Origin: a virus
Direction: 5' to 3' (one strand)
Virus record (IMG/VR): IMGVR_UViG_3300018080_000107
Length of the DNA stretch: 64,000 nt
Of the stretch, positions 59,363-64,000 are shown piece by piece. A program made the position numbers and the translations under genes. A model generated the notes under the pieces. It was not told where the DNA came from. It searched no databases and worked only from the letters and a program-made list of their open reading frames with translations. Each line of letters starts with the position of its first letter. Within the stretch, counting starts at the first letter, position 1.

Positions 59363-60310
59363 TTACAGATGCTTCCTTAGAATATCGACAATCATCTTCG
59401 CTGTTCCTGCAAAGACGTGCTTCTTTTCCTTCTTCTCAAGTTCCTGTAATTGGTCGCCGAAATCCTTCTCGAAGTCCTGTTGAGCATCCTTCATTACAAA
59501 TCCAATATAACGACCGATACTCTTTGGATCATCTATTTCACCCTCTTTTGAAAACACATTCTGAACCCTATTCTCAGTAATGTATGATATAAACTCAGCC
59601 CTAAGCCGCTCTACTTGCTCAAAATAAACCACCGCTTCCTTTGGCTTACCCGTCTGCTTTTTCTCAGAAAACTTCGCATTCTTCTTCTTAAGATAAAAAG
59701 TCTTCCCATCCCAATGGCGAAACACCTTCTTGAACGGCTTAATAACAATGCCTTCACAAATATTGTCTTCATTTGAACTAAGCAAAGAATCAAACTCTAT
59801 ATTGAAAGCCAAAGCCTTCTCTAATCCATCCACAACTGTAATAATTGGTACAAGATAACTCAAAAGTCCATGATGTGCCATTATGTCAATCAAGGTTGAC
59901 TGAGGCATAAGTTCGCTGTCAATTCTAATATCAAAGATAAGAAAGCGTTTACGCTTCCCGTAGTCAATGCCCTTTTGAATCCCCGGCCCAAAGAACTCGC
60001 CATGCAGTGTGATTGTGCTGTTCTGGCTCTCAGCATATTCTTTCATCTTGCTAACAAGCTCTGTAAGCTCTGCATCTACATAGTCCCAAATGCCAAAGTG
60101 CTTATCGTCTCGTGAACCAAGTCTTCGATTTCGAGAACAAATGTGCATATCCCCATTAGGCTCAAATACAAACATTGTATGAGTGCCGTGAATTTTCTCT
60201 GTGATTATAAACTGGATGTTCTGAAGCTCTGGGAACTCCATCAACATTCGATCTATAAATTTCTCCCTATAGGAGTTTTCTATACTAACGTACTTCGTAA
60301 ATTCCATCAT
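59363..60310 (-). CDS. RNA ligase, T4 Rnl2 family
   Basis: F.KY.SIEN, EKIHG, GEFFG, FDI, EGIVIK, LKKKN; start taken at ATG 60310 (GGAGG RBS). Confidence 0.9.
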   Translation of the reverse strand: MMEFTKYVSIENSYREKFIDRMLMEFPELQNIQFIITEKIHGTHTMFVFEPNGDMHICSRNRRLGSRDDKHFGIWDYVDAELTELVSKMKEYAESQNSTITLHGEFFGPGIQKGIDYGKRKRFLIFDIRIDSELMPQSTLIDIMAHHGLLSYLVPIITVVDGLEKALAFNIEFDSLLSSNEDNICEGIVIKPFKKVFRHWDGKTFYLKKKNAKFSEKKQTGKPKEAVVYFEQVERLRAEFISYITENRVQNVFSKEGEIDDPKSIGRYIGFVMKDAQQDFEKDFGDQLQELEKKEKKHVFAGTAKMIVDILRKHL

Positions 60311-60455
60311 CTTCCTCCAAGAACCAATCGAGTTCTTCTTCCGCTTCAAGCTCCTCAATACGAAGCTTGTCACGCTTCTTGCGCTTCTTACCAGCATTAA
60401 CTTCCTGATCCGCTAACCGACGATTACGACTCTTGCCGCGCTTATCAACAGACAC
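60285..60455 (-). CDS. Small bipolar (basic then acidic) protein, 56 aa
   Basis: Manual call: AGGAG RBS, GTG start, MSVDKRGKSRNRR...EELEAEEELDWFLEEDDGIYEVR. Confidence 0.65.
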   Translation of the reverse strand: MSVDKRGKSRNRRLADQEVNAGKKRKKRDKLRIEELEAEEELDWFLEEDDGIYEVR

Positions 60456-60499
60456 CTTACTTTCTCCTATAAAACACTTTCAAAAAAACAATCCTCTAC

Positions 60500-60532
60500 T
60501 ATAATAGACGTTAAATTCGCACAAAAATTACC
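60500..60532 (-). promoter_or_regulatory. Putative ECF-type promoter GGTAAT-N16-CGTCTATTATA
   Basis: 20/21 bp shared with 62774..62794. Confidence 0.7.
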
Positions 60533-60536
60533 ATAT

Positions 60537-61622
60537 TTATTGAATAATTTCTTCAATAGTGCGCTTTTCTACAGCCTTCCAAACAACTTCTTCTATTGGC
60601 TTGCCCCTCATTCGAGCGAACAAAATACTTCTGACTTCCTCACTGGCATTCTCTGCAAATAATAGCGCACATGCCTTATAGTTTTCTGGATCTTCTACCA
60701 GTCTCCATACAGCCTCAACCTCATCAAGCACTTCGCTCTTTATGCCATTGATTGCTGCAAACAAATCATCAAACTGTTCGAGCATATGAACCGGCAAACT
60801 ATCCAGCAAATCATCATAATCTGTATGCGAACGCATAAACTCTATAATGCGCTTCGGTCTAATAAAGCCCATAAATCTATGCAAACGCACATAGCGCAAA
60901 GACTTAAGCTTTGTCCTGGTTCCATCTGCAAGCTGAATAACATAGCCCTCAGCATCATCATCTATATGATCTCCAGACAGAACTTCATCTGGATCAAAAT
61001 CAAACATAACAGGACGACCAAAACCACAATGACTCGCCACAGCATCCAAAACCTCATCTGAACACTCTCTTAAGTCCCACTCATTCCACATCATAGCAAG
61101 CAAAACAAGCTTCTCTTCCTTGTAATGCACAACCTTCCTATCCCAATCCACACCGATCATCTCAAACAAATAAGTTTGGTTCGGACTTAACTCTTGATAT
61201 TGTGGATACTTAGATTCCAAAAGACCCATTGCATGTTCAGAATGCTTAGAGTTGATAGCGCCAGTTGTAGAAGTGTGCCATCTACCGTCATAATACCACA
61301 AAGCTATCATAGATCCATCAAGCTTATCATAGACTTTAAACTTGCGCATCTTCATACGATGTAAGATTGCCTTGCGCTTAGTGCCTGGCATTTCATCAAT
61401 ATTGAAGAATTTATCAAAAGGACGACAAACTATTGCCCCAGTTCTGTTATCAAGAATAATACCACGGGCTTTTTTCGCCGTTTTTGACCATCGTTTCTTG
61501 AATGCGCAATCTTGAGTGTATTTGAAAAGAGATAAATGGCCTTCCTGCCGCTCTGTCACCAATCCGTTCTCTTCTGCCTGCCTAAGTCTATGTAGATGGT
61601 CCAATAATTCCATCTTGTCCAT
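60537..61622 (-). CDS. RNA ligase, T4 Rnl1 family
   Basis: ARGIILD, PFDKFFN, DKLDGS, YLFEMI, EGYVI, KLKS. Confidence 0.9.
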   Translation of the reverse strand: MDKMELLDHLHRLRQAEENGLVTERQEGHLSLFKYTQDCAFKKRWSKTAKKARGIILDNRTGAIVCRPFDKFFNIDEMPGTKRKAILHRMKMRKFKVYDKLDGSMIALWYYDGRWHTSTTGAINSKHSEHAMGLLESKYPQYQELSPNQTYLFEMIGVDWDRKVVHYKEEKLVLLAMMWNEWDLRECSDEVLDAVASHCGFGRPVMFDFDPDEVLSGDHIDDDAEGYVIQLADGTRTKLKSLRYVRLHRFMGFIRPKRIIEFMRSHTDYDDLLDSLPVHMLEQFDDLFAAINGIKSEVLDEVEAVWRLVEDPENYKACALLFAENASEEVRSILFARMRGKPIEEVVWKAVEKRTIEEIIQ

Positions 61623-61625
61623 ATG

Positions 61626-61871
61626 TTAAACCTCATGTATAGTGTTTTCCGTCAAAGTAAATTCTACAATCTCATATGTATCTTCTGGTATGCGCATATT
61701 GGCCGTACACGCCTTCAACATACCACGGATAGCATTTTTTGCAGAACCAAGTGAATAATATAACTTATTGGTCCTTGAACGTTGTGTCCCAGGACGGGCA
61801 CAATCAATCCAATTTCCAGTCTCCTTTAGCCTTATTCTGAAAACTTTCAACTCTCTTAACCCTTTTGTCAA
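61626..61871 (-). CDS. Hypothetical protein
   Basis: 81-aa ORF in the operon. Confidence 0.55.
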   Translation of the reverse strand: MTKGLRELKVFRIRLKETGNWIDCARPGTQRSRTNKLYYSLGSAKNAIRGMLKACTANMRIPEDTYEIVEFTLTENTIHEV

Positions 61872-62055
61872 GTTGGTCTGTAATTTCCGAAGTTAGAAAC
61901 TCCTCGCCACAATTCGTACACTGTTCCCACGTAACATTATCGACCACCACTATGGCCGGTGTGCAATTATCTGGCGTATTATAAACAAAACTACCATGTA
62001 CCGTATGTAGTGTCAAATCACCACAAATTGGGCACCTATCTGGTTTTTCACTCAC
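61804..62055 (-). CDS. YgiT/MqsA-type zinc-finger protein without HTH
   Basis: CPICG...VVVDNV...CTNCGEEF; GTG start at 62055 with GAGGAG RBS. Confidence 0.75.
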   Translation of the reverse strand: MSEKPDRCPICGDLTLHTVHGSFVYNTPDNCTPAIVVVDNVTWEQCTNCGEEFLTSEITDQLDKRVKRVESFQNKAKGDWKLD

Positions 62056-62212
62056 TCTCCTCATCTTCCTCCTCGTCACAATCCCAACACAAGGGATTTT
62101 TTTCATCCGGCATAGCGAGCATCTTCTGCCCACAATTTGAACACTCCACCTCAACTGCCTCGGCCATCTTCTTTGATAGCGCATCAGCAAACAAATCGTC
62201 AAATCCACCCAT
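62048..62212 (-). CDS. Small Zn-ribbon protein (54 aa)
   Basis: Manual call: MGGFDDLFADAL...CSNCG...CWDC plus an acidic tail. Confidence 0.65.
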   Translation of the reverse strand: MGGFDDLFADALSKKMAEAVEVECSNCGQKMLAMPDEKNPLCWDCDEEEDEESE

Positions 62213-62214
62213 AA

Positions 62215-62652
62215 TTACTTCCCTTCAAATTTAGCCTTAAGTCTCTCGTACTCTTTACGCTCTTTTTCTTCTTTATTTTTCTTACGTCTTGCAGCCGACT
62301 TTTTGGCGCTCAACGATTTTTTTAGACGCTTCTGTACCTCTTCTTGGGTTTCATACCGAGAACCCTCTATATTGATATCGACCTCCTCACAATGACAATC
62401 TATATATGTATGAATGTCCACATAGATATCAAAAAATCCCTTGGCTTCTGCCTCTGCCTTGATATCTTGAAGCATCTTAATAACGTCCTCAATTGGACCT
62501 TCTATGTAAATCTCAGATTTAATTCTTTGACGCCTTAACACCTTCGGCTCATTTGGATCTGGCCTCTTTGTTTTAACTGGTTCCATTTTGCTCATATCTG
62601 GCATTCCATTCAACATTCTTTGTACTGCCGCTAAGTGTCTCTTGTCCTTCAT
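62215..62652 (-). CDS. Hypothetical protein
   Basis: Start moved to MKDKRH (GGAG RBS) because the longer ORF overlaps the tRNA. Confidence 0.65.
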   Translation of the reverse strand: MKDKRHLAAVQRMLNGMPDMSKMEPVKTKRPDPNEPKVLRRQRIKSEIYIEGPIEDVIKMLQDIKAEAEAKGFFDIYVDIHTYIDCHCEEVDINIEGSRYETQEEVQKRLKKSLSAKKSAARRKKNKEEKERKEYERLKAKFEGK

Positions 62653-62680
62653 AACGCTTCTCCAAAAAAATAGGTGCCCT

Positions 62681-62758
62681 TGGGAGCGAGTGTCGGAAAT
62701 CGAATCCGAGTCACCTGGGCCACAACCAGGAGTTCTAACCACTAAACTACACCCGCGC
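62681..62758 (-). tRNA. trnH: tRNA-His (GUG), atypical acceptor end
   Basis: GCGGGTG/CACTCGC acceptor stem, GTTT/GAAC D-stem, CCTGG-TTGTGGC-CCAGG anticodon arm, TCGGA-TTCGATT-TCCGA T-arm; core 62685..62756. Confidence 0.85.
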
Positions 62759-62773
62759 CCTAAGACACCCCAA

Positions 62774-62806
62774 TATAATAGACGTTTAATTCGCCCATTT
62801 GTTACA
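62774..62806 (-). promoter_or_regulatory. Putative ECF-type promoter TGTAAC-N16-CGTCTATTATA upstream of the tRNA
   Basis: Repeat of the 60500 motif; spacing typical of ECF promoters. Confidence 0.7.
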
Positions 62807-62813
62807 TGAAAAA

Positions 62814-62978
62814 TTATTCACCAAATACAGAAGGCTCTTGCATAAGCTTCCTTAGAGCCTCATTTGGCTCTGCTGGCTTACCTAAATCCTCTATAAACTT
62901 TGAAAATGCACCAGATGACATAACAATAACGTTTTCTGGCAACACCCTAAGATTAATCAAGTCATCTTTTTGTTCCAT
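62814..62978 (-). CDS. Truncated DUF1778/TacA-like protein (C-terminal part only)
   Basis: VIVMSSGAFSKFIEDLGKPAEPNEALRKLM resembles the DUF1778 C-terminus (I.LS...F..F...L..P..PN..L..LM); start taken at 62978. Confidence 0.6.
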   Translation of the reverse strand: MEQKDDLINLRVLPENVIVMSSGAFSKFIEDLGKPAEPNEALRKLMQEPSVFGE

Positions 62979-62979
62979 T

Positions 62980-63525
62980 CTAATCCCACCAATTCTGTGC
63001 CCATTTACCAACCATCTTCATTACATAATCAATAGCTCTCTGCTTTTGTCGGGCAGCATGTTTACAGCCCTTTAGAAACTCCCTACGACACCTCTCCTTC
63101 TCTTCGTCTGTCACAGCATGCTTCCGGTCGAAATGCAATGTGCTGTATCCTGGACGGTCCTCACATGGCTCAAATCGCCACTTGGCCTTACCCCACTTCT
63201 TATCGTGCGCCTCAGCAAAATCATCTTCGTACTTGTCTGTAATAATCCTATTAAGAAGCTCGATACAAATTTTTATCTTACGCCTATCCTCATCTGCATT
63301 CACATGATGAACAAGTTCTGGCTTAAGGCGTTCAAGCTTTTTCTTCATAAGCTCAAATATGCCAGGCTCACAATTGAAATCCCAATCGTGCCAAATTATA
63401 GGAATATAGTCAATAACTCGCCAAAACCTATGCCAACAAACACGAATATCTTGTGGAATCTCGTCTCCAAGAACCAAAAAACGCCTATCTATCCAACGAC
63501 AAAAAGCGTCAATCTTATCAAACAT
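62980..63525 (-). CDS. Conserved-looking phage hypothetical protein
   Basis: Start likely MFDKID (63525); IIWHDWDF...NWWD. Confidence 0.6.
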   Translation of the reverse strand: MFDKIDAFCRWIDRRFLVLGDEIPQDIRVCWHRFWRVIDYIPIIWHDWDFNCEPGIFELMKKKLERLKPELVHHVNADEDRRKIKICIELLNRIITDKYEDDFAEAHDKKWGKAKWRFEPCEDRPGYSTLHFDRKHAVTDEEKERCRREFLKGCKHAARQKQRAIDYVMKMVGKWAQNWWD

Positions 63526-63973
63526 CGTCCAAATAATCTTCATCTTCATCATCACTGTAATACCTTGGACTTTCTTCAGTAAGAAAATTGCGTGTTTTAA
63601 GAATAATTGACTCTGGCATTCCAGCCTCACGCATTTCCCTTTCCCAGCCTCCACGCTCAATTATACCATAGCCACATGCATTATGGTCGCCAAGATAGAA
63701 TCTAACTGGAGAACTATATACTCTTTTACCCTCCACCATTAAAAATGGCAAAGCATACATTGGGGCATCTGAACAACACCCACAATCCGCCACAAAATCC
63801 ACATCTTCCACATGTTTATTAGCAAGTGCAGATGATATTCGCTCAGTTCCCCAACGACTCACCTCAATGGTTATATCATGAAATTTAGAGTGTATAGCGT
63901 CAATTTGTTTTAGTTGCTCTCCCAATTCCGAAACCTGCTTTGCCAACTTTTGTGTGTAATCTGTGTATTCCAT
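63518..63973 (-). CDS. Hypothetical protein with a CGCC motif
   Basis: 151 aa, GGAGG RBS. Confidence 0.65.
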   Translation of the reverse strand: MEYTDYTQKLAKQVSELGEQLKQIDAIHSKFHDITIEVSRWGTERISSALANKHVEDVDFVADCGCCSDAPMYALPFLMVEGKRVYSSPVRFYLGDHNACGYGIIERGGWEREMREAGMPESIILKTRNFLTEESPRYYSDDEDEDYLDDV

Positions 63974-64000
63974 TATTCCTCCGTTGTTTTTGGTAGGTCT

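Noticed and set aside
62056-62208. N-terminal extension of ORF 61804..62208
   Set aside because: This span is occupied by a separate Zn-ribbon gene in another frame (62048..62212).
62653-62742. N-terminal extension of ORF 62215..62742
   Set aside because: It overlaps the tRNA-His; a better start with RBS lies at 62652.
579-63582. Numerous plus-strand ORFs and short nested minus-strand ORFs in the track
   Set aside because: They are antisense or out-of-frame shadows of long minus-strand genes, with no RBS context or recognisable motifs.
1-64000. Stop-codon reassignment
   Set aside because: Long genes are uninterrupted in code 11, and TAG, TAA and TGA all occur as gene ends abutting the next RBS or start.
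1-64000. CRISPR array, integrase, transposase, tail sheath
   Set aside because: No regularly spaced repeats or matching motifs seen by eye.

Overview
This 64 kb window is a fragment of a large tailed dsDNA bacteriophage genome, most likely a siphovirus: it has a 2244-aa tape measure protein and a tail tube, and I see no sheath gene. It uses the standard code with AGGAG-type RBSs, and essentially all genes lie on the minus strand, tightly packed. Reading in transcription direction (right to left): (i) an early/accessory block with small proteins, an atypical tRNA-His, two RNA ligases (Rnl1- and Rnl2-type), RNase H, GDP-mannose 4,6-dehydratase, a DNA methyltransferase and a class II ribonucleotide reductase; (ii) a sigma-like factor, putative TerS, an ERCC4 nuclease, TerL, portal, a holin-like gene, protease/scaffold, a decoration protein and the major capsid protein; (iii) about 16 kb of fibre/adhesin genes inside the head module, including six tandem LamG-domain genes; (iv) neck, tail tube, chaperones, tape measure and a baseplate region made of paralogue sets. 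Most notable observations: strong Ser-Gly enrichment in predicted surface virion proteins alongside a phage sugar-nucleotide enzyme (possible virion glycosylation); a six-gene lectin cassette with three paired C-terminal tail classes; an RNR carrying an in-frame HTH plus degenerate LAGLIDADG domain with no intein; two promoter classes matching ECF-like and sigma2-only recognition; and a possible translation-rescue island (RNA ligases, tRNA, two antitoxin-like fragments lacking DNA-binding domains). All functional calls come from reading motifs by eye; no database searches were run.
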